Source of the DNA: Epiperipatus broadwayi | Lineage: Eukaryota > Animalia > Onychophora | Length of the DNA: 64,000 bases | Reading direction: 5' to 3' | NCBI GenBank assembly: GCA_028023455.1 | Contig: JAQFVV010000001.1 | Span: 16,864,001 to 16,928,000 of the forward strand | In this document: in pieces, positions 14,047-27,947 of the stretch | Position numbering within the stretch: position 1 is the first letter of the stretch | How the letters are laid out: every line of letters begins with the position of its first letter | Program-made: the position numbers and the translations under genes | The notes under the pieces: model-generated | The model's input: the letters and a program-made list of their open reading frames with translations, nothing else | What the model was told of the DNA's origin: nothing | The model's database searches: none

Positions 14047-14347
14047 GATACTATTCTAATTTATTATTGACTTATTGTCAATTGTCAAGTAACAGAATGC
14101 AATAGTATAGCAACTTACATCTTATTTTTATATTTTAAAACATAATAACTGAGATAAAAGATAAGTAAAATTCATTAATCAAATAAAGTATATAGACTCT
14201 CATTAAAATCCTTTTATAGATTGTCCAACTGAAAGTTTATAAAATATTTACAATTATTATATTGAAATTTAGTGCAAATATTTTATTACTGTAATGAGAA
14301 TAGAAAGATGTGAGAAAAAACTTTTCCAGATATTTAAGAAAAATAAA

Positions 14348-14628
14348 CCACTAAACATCACATAATCACTATTTCTTATGCTTGCTCAAGCTATTAAGAC
14401 AGACAAAACTCTTCCACTCAGTGCAAACCAGAGTAATCAATGGATGCAAGAAGGTTTGTGCAAAAAATTCCTATCTAATGCCTACTTATCCAATATCCCC
14501 AGACTAGTTTCTAGCTTGTGGCTTTCATCAGTGCACTAGATAGGGATTTTATGCACAAACCTTCTTGTAACAATTGATTACTCTGGCTTGTACTGAATGG
14601 CACTACTGTAAGAAGAGTTTTGTCTGTT
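14348..14628 (-). mobile_element. Family-1 palindromic retroelement, copy 3 (tail on left)
   Basis: Tail AAACATCACAT.. at 14353, arms within 14396-14628. Possible short TSD AAAATAAA (weak, AT-rich). Confidence 0.75.
14496..14533 (-). ncRNA. Minimal type-I hammerhead ribozyme motif (family 1), stem I truncated
   Basis: Minus strand reads CA-CTGATGA-A-AGC-CACAA-GCT-A-GAAA-CTAG-TC/TGGGGA. The core is intact, but only 2 bp of stem I remain. Confidence 0.6.
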
Positions 14629-17600
14629 GAAAATAAAATAGATTTAAAATAGATTTATCTTATGTTGAATTACAATGTAGGCTTCTAGATTATATCAACT
14701 ACAGTAATTTATGTATATATATGCAATACACTACCCCAGAATAAATATTGTTATATTAAATACATAATTGTTTTATTTAATACTGAAAAAACGAACATAT
14801 TATTACTTCTGCCAAAAATAAATATTTATATTTTATTATTAAACAAAATGTGAATTCTTTAGTATTATAAATTTAAGATAATATTAAAGAACTTAGTACT
14901 AACTAAAAATTTGAAGCATGCATTGCATTAACCCATTTTAAAGTTTTTTCATATTAATAAATAAAATAGAACAACTATTTTTCTGAATAACTTTTGGATA
15001 TCACCAAATTATTTACACCTTGTTTATTGTTAAAATCTGATTTAAAAGCATTAGTAGGTTAATTTCTTCCCAAGAAAAGATTAACTTTTATTTCACAATT
15101 TAACTAATAACTAACTGAGCAATGTTTTCGATCCTGGAGGTCATAATCATAGTGCTCATATCGGAGGGGGGGGGTTAAACTGGTATTATTAGGAGGAAAC
15201 TAATACTAGATGGTTAATACATGGTCACATAATATTAGAACACTTGGAAAATGAAGTCACATTTTATAAAAAAACAATATTTTTCTAGAAGACTATCATT
15301 TTAGTTCAAGTAGTCAAAAACAGATATGAGAAAATTTTTTTTTATATCTTCCTCAATCATCTATTTTAAATGTTAATGAATCTTTATGGGCTAATTTTGA
15401 ATAACAAATGAGTGGGGAATATTATTTGCTTACAGGTATCAAAAATTTGATGTTTTTTCATGAGTAATGATTTAATACTATATTTGTCGACATTATTTAA
15501 ATATTATATAATTTCGTCCCATAAAAAAAATATAAGCAGTTAATTGATTCACATGATATCCCTACTTCAAATTATTAAGGAATTTTATGAAAGTTTTCAT
15601 ATTAGATTATACTATTATTGAATTATACTTTTATATTTCCATTAGTTACTACAAAACTATTCTACAAATAATAATACGATAATCACGTTCTACTTATTTT
15701 TAAACTTATTTTCTTCAAAATTTATTTTCTTCAAAATTTATTTGTAATGTATTTATCTGCTTGTCTATATATATGTGTGTGTATGAGGAGGGAGAGGTTT
15801 AAGTAAAATATATCTTCATCATCATTTAACAAATACTCATAAAGAAGAATAGTTTTCGAGTTGCAAGAAAAAAAAACAAGTATGAAGAGAAAGCAAATAA
15901 TAAGTTAAAACAAAAAAGAATAGAGTACTTAGTTAAGTAATAAAAATGCTATTATAGAAACACATAATTTTATTATTGCATTATAGAAAAGTAACCAGTG
16001 TCGTGAGAGATTTAGAAAGACTAATTGGTTGAAGATAGCAAGATATAAAAAAATGGAAAATGAATGAAAGAAAATATAATAAAATGTTAATAACAAACAC
16101 TAAGCTCCTTTACTAAACAATGCACATTTAATAATCGATTTAAAAAAAAAAGAAATTTTAATTTTAATCTGTCTATAAAATTATTTTCCAGCTTTGATTA
16201 AATCATTTTAATAACGATATATATATTTTGAAGTCGTAATTTCTTAATAACTAAACACATGTATCCTTTCTCTTCCCAATCAAATACTGGCAATTTAAAA
16301 AGAATTAAAAGAGAGATTTTTAAAAACAAAAGTACCATTACTTTATGTCGCTTTGTAGAATATTAGTTAATTAATTCACGCTTGATAATACTTGATCATT
16401 TAAATAATATGTTTTAACAAAATTAAATATATAATTTTAAAAAGTAATTCCTTAGTTAATATATACATATTATTTACATTGAATCATTTAAAAGATCAGG
16501 ATTAAAAAATATTAAATGTAATTGAATTTTTATTTTTACTTACACCTCCATCTTGTTTAATTGACAAAAATATTACCTAACCGTAGTAGAAATATTTTAT
16601 CATAGTGATCTGCTTCATAGAATTTCTATAGAACTACTTTTGTGGAACGCGTTTTCACTTACTTATCTTACTCTATTATAGCATTAAAAATAATAACTTT
16701 ATTTATATTAAAAAAAAACTACATTTTTTTTTAATGATTGATAAAAGATTTAACTTCTTTTATAATATATATATATATATTTTAACTCAAAGCCTAACTA
16801 AAGTATTTATTTAATATTAAAGAACTTGACTTGCCCATATATATAGTGATTAATAAACTTTGAAAGATAGAAACACTTAGATCTTGAATAAGAATCTCAT
16901 GCTGGCCAAAAAAAAAATTATACATCAAAGTTGGAAAAGTAATTTTAACGGAACCTAGCCCCAATTTTTTTTATACGTAAATGAAATAACTAATTTATTA
17001 GACTAAACTATATAAACTCATATAAAAAAATAGTAAAATACCATCTTAGATATATACACATATGTGTAAGTATTTAAATAATAATATATAAAGTATTGAA
17101 AAAAATCATTCTAGAAATGAATAGAACTATTATTTATTATAAACTTTACATATGTACGTATACTTTTATAATTTGCAAAACATTTATAAAATGACAGCTT
17201 AGACTTTGAATCATAAATCTTTACTTTTCAAATTTGTCCTCAGCTACAGTGTTAAACTGCATAGGCCATAATTGCAGTTTTAGAAGTAAAAAAATATTTA
17301 AAAATTTAGATCAGATAAAACTTTTTAAAGTAATTCCTAAGCCGGTTAAGTAACATGGGTGTAATAAAATAAAAATGATAATAAGAAAAGGGATTATTGT
17401 CAGAATCAGTCAAAAATCAATTTAAAAAAATATTCTGAAAGCTTGTAATACTTAAGAGAGAGAAAAAACATATGGGTTTAAAGGCGATGAAAATAGTTCC
17501 AAGCAAAAAGAAAATAATAATAATAATAAAAGAAACTTAAAAATAAAATTAAAAAATATATATTGAAAATATTTTAAGAAATAAGCAGCTTTTTCTAAAT

Positions 17601-20069
17601 TATAATCATATGTTAAACATATAGGAACTGGTAATTAGTAGATAAATGTTAATCAATGGTAGGAAAATTTGAAAGAAAGAGAAATGCAGTAAATAACAGT
17701 AATAAAATAATTTAAGTCATACGACATTTGCGTATCAGAAGTGAAGAATTACGCTTCAATCCAGGAAACATTAAATTTAGGACCGACACACTATCATTTG
17801 CATGGAGCAAAAATGCACTTGAAAAATTAGTCAGTATTATCAGCAGTTATTATTAACTTGGTGAAATTTAAACATTTTTTAAAGTAGAAAAATAATAAAT
17901 GTGACTTATGAAAAAACCGCAGAAGTTGAAAAGAAAAAAAAATCTTCCAGAAGAAGGATAGTTATAATTAAATATCAAGCAAAAAATAAAGAGTTAAAAA
18001 ATGCTCCCAGAATGTTATGTGGAAATAGCCTTTATTATCATCTTTAATCATATATAATTTAATAACGCATAATAAATACAATGTGTTGCCTAACAGTCAA
18101 TAATTCTATACAGTTTATAACAGCAATGATTTTGTCTTTTCACTATTATTCAAATTCTAATTACCTTTTATGAATAAATAGAAACTGTCTATGGAAGAAA
18201 ATAATTTATGTAAAAACAGAATCATGCACATACATAATAAATTGAACTACATACTGAAATAGCAATGCAAAATGGAATTATAATTTATTTTTAACATCCT
18301 TACCAAAAATTTTAAATATATTATTATATTTGAATAGTAGGTCACATATATAATATAGTAAGAATATAATATAAAATAGAATCTGCATCACATAAAAATG
18401 GTTAATTACCATATCAAAAATTTCCACTAAATCTCTTGCTATATCAAGATTTTGGCATGGTAAAGATGCTTGCACACACACACATATTTCCCGTATAAAT
18501 GGCAGTATAATTTTTTTTTACATTATTTGCATATGTAAACACACATGTTAATTTTTACTAATTTTATTAAATTTTCTTTTATTTTGACATATACCTATAA
18601 GTAAGAATAAAATATAAAAAATTGAAATTAATATATTTAATATTCAAATATTTTGATAATATTATTTAAGTATAATTTATTTAAACTACATTAAAAGCAA
18701 TTTCAAATGATATTTTCTGAAATCTAGTTGATGTTGAATTAATTAGTTCATTACATATAATAAAAAAAATGATAATTTTTTTTTTTGTTTAACATAAACT
18801 TTTAGTAACAAAAATTTCCTATTAAATTAAATCTTTTAAATTTTCACATTTAATATGTTAATTACAATAAAGTATTTGATTATCTACCAGAAAACAATCT
18901 ATGTAGAATAGTCAGATTTATTTTATTTTTTTAACTTTCCCACTCTAATAAATGATTTCAGTCATCCAGAATAATGGCACTTTAGTCACACTGGCTTAAA
19001 TGTACTCTCTTTTGGTTATTTGTAGATTTTGTTTGGCAGTTTTTCATTTATTTGATGGAAAAAACTGGAAATAAAAAATATATAAATTTATTAATTTGAA
19101 AAAAAAAATGATGATGTCAATATTATATAAAAATGAATTAAAAATTTAATTTATCTGTAATTTCTTTGTTCTGAAGATTGAGAGTGCTTACAAAAACTTA
19201 TTATTTTTTTTTAAATATTAGGATTAGATTCAGATTTTATTTGAAAATATTTGTTTATAAAAGATTACAAGTAAAAATGTAATAATGTAAAGCAGGAAGT
19301 TGTGATGGACTGAAACAGGAATTCCTCTTATAACCATTTGAGCTGTTATTTTTTTGTTATATTTTAATAATTATAAGTGGAATTTAAAATTTTAAAACAT
19401 AATTCTATTACTTTATGTTTTTAATACAATTTTACTTAGGTTTAAAAAATGGGTTTAAATAAATTTTATTTTATTTGAAATATATTTTTATCAGCAATTG
19501 TGATAATAAAAAAATTATTATAATTAAATATTTCAATTTATTATTATTTTTTCTATGCTTGCAAGATGAAAATATTATTTTAAGAATGTTTTTTATTTGT
19601 AAACTTATATTTGTAATAAATAATTTAAAAATTACGAGACTATAATATAAAATAAAAATTTAATTATTAAAATAAAAAGTTGAAAATATAACTAAGTGGC
19701 TGAAGATGTTGTTAAAATATTATGCACAATTAGTAATAATACATTTCTTGCAGTTAAATTTTATTATTATTTTAATTATGTCTAAAATTAAATATTAATT
19801 ATGCTAAAAATATTTTGTTGCAGATTTTAACAAAGTTAGACCACATATTAGTTGCTTTTTTAAAAAAAGTAAATGAGTGTACAAAAAAAAACTTTAAAAG
19901 CAAGGTAAATTAATGAAATCTATGAAAAGAAATGAACTTCTAAGCTGAAAAAATAACTTAGAAACATAATTTTAAAAGTCAAAAAGTACAAATAGATTTG
20001 CTATTTTTTTTCTAAAAAAAAAAAAAAAAAATTATGATGGCTCAGTCGTTACAAATTTTTATACACATT

Positions 20070-20421
20070 ATTGCCATCTAGTGCAAGCTTTAGTAAACAA
20101 TAAAAGCTAGAAGGTTGTCCATTTCTATTCAGTGCATTCTCATCCAAAATCCTCTGACTAGTTTCTAGCTTATGGGTACATTCGATCCAACAATTCAGGT
20201 ACACCAATCCCATATCTAAGGCTCCTCACTGATAAAAGCCCTAAGCTAGAAACTTGACTGGGGATTTTGGATGTAAAGTCACTAGATAGGAATTAAAATG
20301 CACAATTTTTTCACATATATTATTGATTACTAGAGCTTTCCCTAGAGGGGACAGTTGAATAGAAAAAAATGCTACTGTTTTAACAGCTTGTAGAAGCATT
20401 ATAAAAGGTGGTTCATGTGAT
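20070..20421 (+). mobile_element. Family-1 copy 4 (old, diverged)
   Basis: Both arms and the tail (..GTTCATGTGAT) are recognisable. Mutated ribozyme TCCTCA-CTGATAA-AAGCCCTAAGCTA-GAAA-CTTGAC-TGGGGA at 20223-20264. Confidence 0.65.
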
Positions 20422-20649
20422 ATTTTAATGATTTAATATCAATTCTAGTCAAAGGATAATTGTGACAATGGTTTGTAAAGAAAAAAAAACAAAAGACACC
20501 AAAACATATAGATACTAAACTGGATTTAGATCTGTATGACCATATAATGAAATTAGCTTGGATTGAAACCATTATTAAGTTTTCATTTTGGGATGATAGT
20601 TTTACAAATTAACCAAAAAAGGTAGATGCTGGGTACTGGAGAGATGAAT

Positions 20650-20820
20650 TAGGTCTAAAGATCCAGGTGCATTGCTTCTAGATCCAAGACTTCCCATTTA
20701 TAAAAGCCTTAAGATAGAAACTAGTCTGGGAATTTTGAATAAGAAGGCACTGGATAGGGACTAAAATGAATAATCCTCTAGCATCTATTAGTTAATAGAG
20801 CTTGCACTAAGTAGCAATGT
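20650..20820 (+). mobile_element. Family-1 copy 5 (single arm, diverged)
   Basis: TTCCCA-TTTATAA-AAGCCTTAAGATA-GAAA-CTAG-TC-TGGGAA has a perfect stem I and a decayed core. The upstream about 45 nt match the centre of copy 6. Confidence 0.6.
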
Positions 20821-22619
20821 TATGCAGAAATATTTTCTACTATAATAAATAATTAAATTATTGTTAAATAAGTAAATAATTTTTTTTTCTCAAACATAAT
20901 TATATATACAATTATAAATTAATACATTAACATTATGTACTCACTGGAAATAATAAACAAACTTAAAGATGACTATGAGGAAAATAAGTTGAACATAATG
21001 ATTGAAATAAACAACTAAAATTTATTTTTCTATTTATAAATTAATAAGTAAATGTTTTAAAGATCTAGTTTTCTAATAAATTATTTATTTTTAATTTGTA
21101 ACAAACAATAACTTGTCAGACCCCAAACTAATTTTATTACTATTATTCCACAATAATATTATCTATATTCATATATATTTTGTTATAATTATTTAAAATT
21201 GATATTTAAAGATCAATATTTTAAATCACTGGAAGAATTTTTAGCTGAAAATTATTTAAGCTCTTGTGTAAAATTTTAAATAGTAATGCTATCATCAAAT
21301 GTTTAGTCCTGTGGTTCTTAATCTTTATATAATTGCAGAACACATTTCACTTAATATTTTTCATGTGGAACACTAACATACAAAAATTCAAAATTACAAA
21401 GATATTATTATACCTTGATTGTTTGAAAATAACAAACAGATAACATAAATTTTGGTCATTCGAACAATGACATATGTGCACCAGGTTACACAGAAATTGA
21501 TCACACTGCACACAGGCAGCCATTGCACATAGATACAACTGGTCACACAAAAAATGCATGGCTACAATAGCATAGAGCTATCTATTATTATTTCTACATT
21601 TTTTTTTCATGAACCACATGGAGCAGATTCATGAAACACTAGTTTTCCATGAAACAAACTTTGAGAGAACCTCAAAGATCATGTATTATATGAGGAACAA
21701 ATGTGAAAATCTTTAGTTTTCAAATAGTTTAATCTATCATTGTTTAAAATACAATGAGAAAATTATTACATGGTTAGTTGCATTAGAAACATCATATCTA
21801 AATAAAAAATTGAACACTATAGTTTCATTCAATTAACCAACTGAGTTTCTTTTTATTGTAATCAGCTGGTAATCCATCTAATAACTTTCAGCTATGAACC
21901 TTTCACTCTATCACTGTATTAAACTGCATAGTAATCCTTTCAAGTATAAATTTTTTGCTTTTTTTTTCTGATAAAGATTTAGAAAATTTTTATTGTTAAA
22001 TTGACTTTTATTACAAAACTTAGTAATCTAGTGAAGGGGTAGAGTGATACATTCTGGAGGTCAAAGTTCATGGATCATGGCCCACTTCTGGTGCTCAAAC
22101 TTTTTATGAATTCCTGAGCAATAAATTATTTGATTATATATGTATATTATAAAACTTTATAAAAACATGCTAAACAAAATTTATTTTGAATTATAATGTA
22201 TTTTAGACCCTTTTCTTTTTAGAAACAAACCAATTGCTCTACTAAGCCAATATTTAGTCTCATTAAGTTAAAATAAATAACTACAATTTATGAATGACAA
22301 GTTTAGTTGTAATTATGCTATTTTTTAATATTAATACTGATGTTAATATGATAATTATATTTAGTCATAATATTCTGTTGGCTATATTTCCAGATCTGTC
22401 TTCAAGTAGAGAACTTCCCAAACTTGAATTATTTATACAGTAATGAAGTAAACCGAAGTGAAACAAGTCTTATTCTTAGGATGAATGGGTGATAGTATTT
22501 AATAGCTACTCTGCAAATAGTATGCATTAGCATACAAAATAAACACTTTTCACATAGAAACTAGATTTCATTTGGATAAATTTTTGGTTAACTACATAAA
22601 AATATGAAATTGCATAATT

Positions 22620-25600
22620 CTCCCATGTCTCACTGGGACTATAGAGTTGAGGTCATAGATTCTCAAAATAAAATTTGATTACCTGGTTTTGGCATTATGG
22701 AACATCTAAAGAGTTAGGTATACCTTCTACAGCGGGCCTTTCTCTTCATCAAGAACAAACAATAAAATTACTTCAATTTAACATTGAGGGTATATTAAAA
22801 TAAAAAATGGAAGTCATTTACAAACCAATTGTTTGGCTCAACATTGACAAAATTGTAAATGAGAAAACATATCATTCTTCTAGTAATTTATATCTATCTA
22901 AAAGTCCTGGATTTGCATTGATTATTAATCAAATGCATTGTAAAAAAATTATAGCTATTTTTATTTCAAGCTATCTTGTAAAGCAAATAATTTATATTAA
23001 AGATAATTCATATGGTATTGAAATTACAATCCAAATAAATAATTTCTGTGTATGCAATGTTTTCAAACTTCCCAGTACAAAATGAGCCTTACCCTCCTCT
23101 CTTAGACATTCTTAAATTTTCTGTTTTTATAGCTTTCAATGCTCATAATAGTTTATTGAGATATAGGAATAAGGATCAAGTAGGTTGTCTACTTTTATAG
23201 TTTATAAATTTAATAAACATGCATCTGCTTTGCAGTACCAAACAAGGAATGCACTTTCCATTCAAGTAGATGATAAACAGAAACAATTGCTGATTTTTGT
23301 TTTGATTTGACAAAAAATAGATTACCATTACTAGCTGACCAACTGATATTGGATCTTTTCCCCATAATCATTACAAACCCAAATTTAATGGTTTTTTGAA
23401 TTCATGTCTTTATAGTTGAAAATTATCCTGTTCCAAGATAGAATTTAAGAGAAGCTAACTATAATTGATATACTGGATATATTGAAAAAAAAAGTTAATA
23501 GAATTTTTTCAAATCTCTTTTGTTATGATAAAATTAACAAATTTATAATAACAGCTGACAGAAAGTCCATCCCTTGTGAACATAGTAAACAATTTATTCA
23601 AGATTGCAATAAAACCAGTAGTGATCTTTATAATAAATATTTGTTTAACAATGATCATGAAATTGCTGTCAAACATGTAAAATCACTATATAATAGTCAG
23701 AAGAGAAAAATGGAAGGATATCATATAGATTAAAAAGATATAGTCATAAAGTCATAAGATCTGGTTACAGTTACAAAAATGTAGTAAACATAAAACTACT
23801 TCCATAAGAACTATTATTGCTACTGCTAATGAGGTTTCCAATCTTTTATGCCAGACTTATAAACACAAGATTGATAGAATGATAAATATGTATCACTACA
23901 ACAAAATTACACATTTCTCTTTAATAATGTTCCACTAATATCTATTTGATAAAATCTGTAAATGTTATTGAATTTGAATATGTCTTGGATTGTATTAAAT
24001 CAGGAAAACCCCCAGAGCAGATAGTATACTTCCAAAACTTTTAAAAAATTTAGAATTTAACTAAATGTATGGTTGGTAAAAGTATTCAGCAACATTATTG
24101 ATACAGAAACTATTCAAAAAATTTGGCACAAAAGCAAAAACACAACAGTTTTAGCCTGAAATGGCTACAATATAGTGTAATGACATTCAAACAACAAGGG
24201 TATCTCACATTGCTTCACTCCTGAGATATGTATTATCATAAAAATTTATTTTTTTATAAGCATTAATTACACTTGATATTAAATTATTTGTATAAAAAAT
24301 TAAAAATATATAGTTATAAAATGACTAAAAAAAAAAAAAATTACTTATATTTAATGTAAATAGTACATACAACATGTATATTAAAAATAACTTGTCTAAT
24401 AATTTAAAATTAAAATGTTAAATATATCAACGTAGTATAATATATTTAACATTTCTATTTTAAAGTATTAAGCTATTTTTAGTATGCATGTTGTATGTAT
24501 TATTTATAGTGAATTACATTTTTTTGAGAAAAGTTTAAAAAGATTAGAATTACAATATATTTTATTATATTTATTTTAAAAAGTAGAACAAAAATAATTT
24601 TTTGCAAAAGATGATATAAATTTATAACTGTCTAGATTGCAATCTGTATGAGATTCTTAGAGGGAAAGCAAATTAAATTCAAGAAAATTTAATTTTTGCA
24701 TAATAGAGATATATTTAGGGAGGTACTGAGCTGGTCACCTATTTAGTTAAAATTTTTTAATGAAATTAAGTCATTTAAAAATTTATGGTAATGTGTAAAA
24801 ATGTTTGTAGCTATTACAGATTAATACCAAATAAACTTAGTGATGTTTCAAAAATTAAGACTTTTATTGTGTGAAGCTATCTAGCTATAATATAAGCTGG
24901 GTTTAGGCCAGTTGCTATGAACAAGTTTTGTCTTTGACAACACATATAGAAAAAGGCTTGTAAATAAATTAAAAACTTGTGTGATCTTTATTAATCTAAT
25001 CTCAGCTTATGATTCTATCTAGAAAAAATGCTTTTCTTGTAAAAGTTTCTAAAATTTTTAAATGCTGGAATACCATCAATTTTCTTGATAAAATATTCTC
25101 CAATACAAAAATTATAACAACAGTCAATGATAATGGTAATAAGTACAAATTTTTATAGTATGGTTTTCCCAAGGGTTTTGTTCTTTCCCCTACTTCATTT
25201 AATACCTTCATCAATGATTTTCCTGACACATAATGCAGGAAATTCTTCTAAAATTATTTAGACTTTCCTGAAATTAAAAGAGACTCTCAATAAGAATGAA
25301 AAGATTACACATCTTTTTTTAAAGATTCTGTTCTTATTTTTAATCCAATGAAATAGGATGTTCAATTTTTTTTTCTAAATATTAGGGAATCATCTCTTAA
25401 TTGCAATATAACTTTTTGAAATAATAGATAGAAACATGATCCTACCTAAATTATTTTCTTCATTTAATTAATGTTAGATCAAAATTAATTTTTAGAAATA
25501 TCCTCCTTAGAAAGCTTATTGACACTGTTTGGGGGTTGTGATGCAAATCCTTGAAACACAGATTTTTTAGCATTATCTTATTTTGTTGGATAAAAAATTC

Positions 25601-25800
25601 CTACATTAAATTTTTGGTTGCTAAATTACATATTATCATGATAATATTATTAGTACATTCAAATATACTCTTTCATAGTGGCTGCCTGTTCTTCACATAA
25701 CCCTCTACCAGATATCAGAAGAGAAGTTACTTCATAAATGAAATTTATCTACCACTAATCTGTAGTAGAATTAAAGAACATAATAAAGCTCCTGCTGATT
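22620..25800 (+). mobile_element. Near full-length decayed single-ORF APE-RT LINE, I-group (Ingi/Vingi-like)
   Basis: IKLLQFNIEGI (APE start); KSPGFAL..VCNVFKLP..AFNAHN (APE, ORF 22807..23085); SFPHNHYKP; RKSIPCEHSK (ORF 23482..23733); GFRP..LSLTTHIEKG..TCVIFINLISAYDS; GFPKGFVLSPTSFN (RT); VWGCDAN and WLPVL (post-RT). An AT-rich insertion lies at about 24240-24650. Confidence 0.75.
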
Positions 25801-26528
25801 CTATCTTCTAATTGAAATCTCTACAGATTTTTTTATATTTTATTAAGTTAAGCCTTAAAAAAATCTGTATGTGAATTAAAATAAATAAAATACTATTATT
25901 TTTGTCCAAAATTTAAATATACTGTATTCAAAATTTAATTCTGTTAAATTTGGAAACAATATGAACTTAAAAATAATTTATACTATATATATTTCAGATT
26001 TTATAGAAATTGTTGAAGTCGTAAGTTTTACACTGAGATTTTACCAATAAAGTTTTTTTTAATTAATTAAGAAACTATCATTTTTAATAATACTTTTATG
26101 AAAGGTTAGTCAGTCTTGCTACACATATAATTTGTTGACATTCCTATCGGGATTATTGGCCTCCCATTGCCTGAAGCAAATCAATATTTACATGTGTAAG
26201 CATATTAACATCATTACAGTCAGTTGTGTATTGCTTGTTGTCTTTATCTTTCAATATCTACCAATTTTTTTTATTGGAAAATCTTTAAGTTTATATAATA
26301 AAAAATATACTTTCAAACTAGGCAATTGTTTTTCTTAAAATAAGAAGTAAAAGTTAAACAATTATATTTTAAATATTAGTTAAAATATTAATGATATATA
26401 TTCTTGTTTATTCTTAGACAAAAATAAATTCAATCCACTAAATTATGAGCTATTTACATAACTTTTAATATTAAGTCTCCCATGATTATTTTTTCCCATT
26501 TGTAAATTGCTTAAAACAATAACAACAA

Positions 26529-27118
26529 CAGCAGTGCGCAACGTGTGGGTCGCGACACCTTACAAGGTCCGGAAAAATGTTAGGGGTCGTAAAAAATTTA
26601 AGAGCTTTCATATTGAATAATAAATTTTTAATTGAGAAAACAAAAACCTAAAACCTATTAAAAGAGACATAAAAACTGTTCAACTCATTATTGTGTCTGA
26701 CCACTTTTTCTGCTTTATATTCCAATCTGCTTTGTATAAGCAGCACATCATAATGGCACTTTGCTTATATTGTTCTTTTGTTCTTTGTGCTAGTATCCTC
26801 CTAACGTTAACACGTGGTATTATGTTCTTGAATGTACACATTTTCTAAAACAGTTAAAAAAAGTTGTAATTGATACAAATCAACAAATCTATTAAGAACC
26901 AAGTATTATTATACATTTTTCATTAATATGCAGTTTTTTTCAAAGATCTTATATCAAATCATAAGTACTGAAATATAATATGTATATATTTGTATGTGGT
27001 AAAACGACTTTTATTATTACTATCCTTATATGCTTAGAATAGGATGATAACATAATGGATCGCGTGAAATTTCCGTCTGTGTACGGTGATCGCACGTGTA
27101 AAAAGTTGCGCATCACTG
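26529..27118. mobile_element. hAT non-autonomous element (MITE)
   Basis: TIRs CAGCAGTGCGCAAC and GTTGCGCATCACTG (11/14 match), with subterminal GGGTCGCG and GATCGCAC motifs typical of hAT-Charlie/Buster ends. TSD imperfect. Confidence 0.65.
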
Positions 27119-27662
27119 ACAACATCAACAAAACTTTATTCTCTACCTATATATCTTTCATATTGATGACGTAAAAGTTTCATTAAAATTTATAATGCTA
27201 GAAAAAAAATTAGTAAGAGAATGGCAAACAAAGGTATGCTACTACCGATGATGATAAAATATTATTGCTGATTTAATTGCCTATTAAATCAGCCTTTAGA
27301 GAAAATTTAATCCACATATATATATACAAAATTCTCGGGTCTATAAATAAAATTTAAAAACGCTTTATAATTTATATGAAAAACAAAACAAAATAAAAAC
27401 AAAAGTAGAACAGATCTAAATTTGTTTGTCAAAACTTTTAGCTTATCATATGTCTATATCCAGATTTTTACAAAAGCATCAAATTAGAAACAGAAATATA
27501 ATTTATACATTTCATCCTAACCGTTACGTTTAATGATTTTTATCTAAAAGAAATGATTTTTTTTTAATAATTAATTATTTTTATTTTTAAAATAAATATC
27601 AAAAGATTTTAAATAAATAAAAAATGTCACAATGGTACTCACAAGAGTCATAAATATATAAA

Positions 27663-27947
27663 AAGCCTGTCCATTAAAGTATGAAGATTGGCTATCTTAA
27701 TACATATCTGAGCACTTATTGCACATATGTGTAGAGATAATATTCCGGACCTACTGATGATTGCTGGTTTAGCATGAAATACGTATATTGGTGATTATTT
27801 ATCTTTTCGACATATATGTGTTCAAGTGTATCAGTGTTATGAGATAGAGTGGAGGTTGGGGATCGTGTGAAAGTCTGTGCTCATATACCCCATATATTAC
27901 GTATATTGATACAGGTATATAATAAACCTGTATATCAGTTATTAAAG
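27663..27947 (+). mobile_element. Family-2 hammerhead-containing short retroelement, copy A
   Basis: Clearly similar by eye along its whole length to 39221-39509. Its 3' part matches 56897-57000. Confidence 0.8.
27749..27792 (+). ncRNA. Minimal type-I hammerhead ribozyme (family 2)
   Basis: ACCTA-CTGATGA-T-TGCT-GGTTT-AGCA-T-GAAA-T-ACGT-A-T-A/TTGGT. The predicted AUA cleavage site lies after 27787, and loop III is palindromic. Confidence 0.75.

Noticed and set aside
26670-27131. Possible two-exon small gene on the minus strand (ORF 26949..27131 joined to an open frame at about 26680-26845)
   Set aside because: It lies essentially within the hAT MITE 26529-27118. The CpG richness is explained by the transposon ends, and no homology is recognisable.
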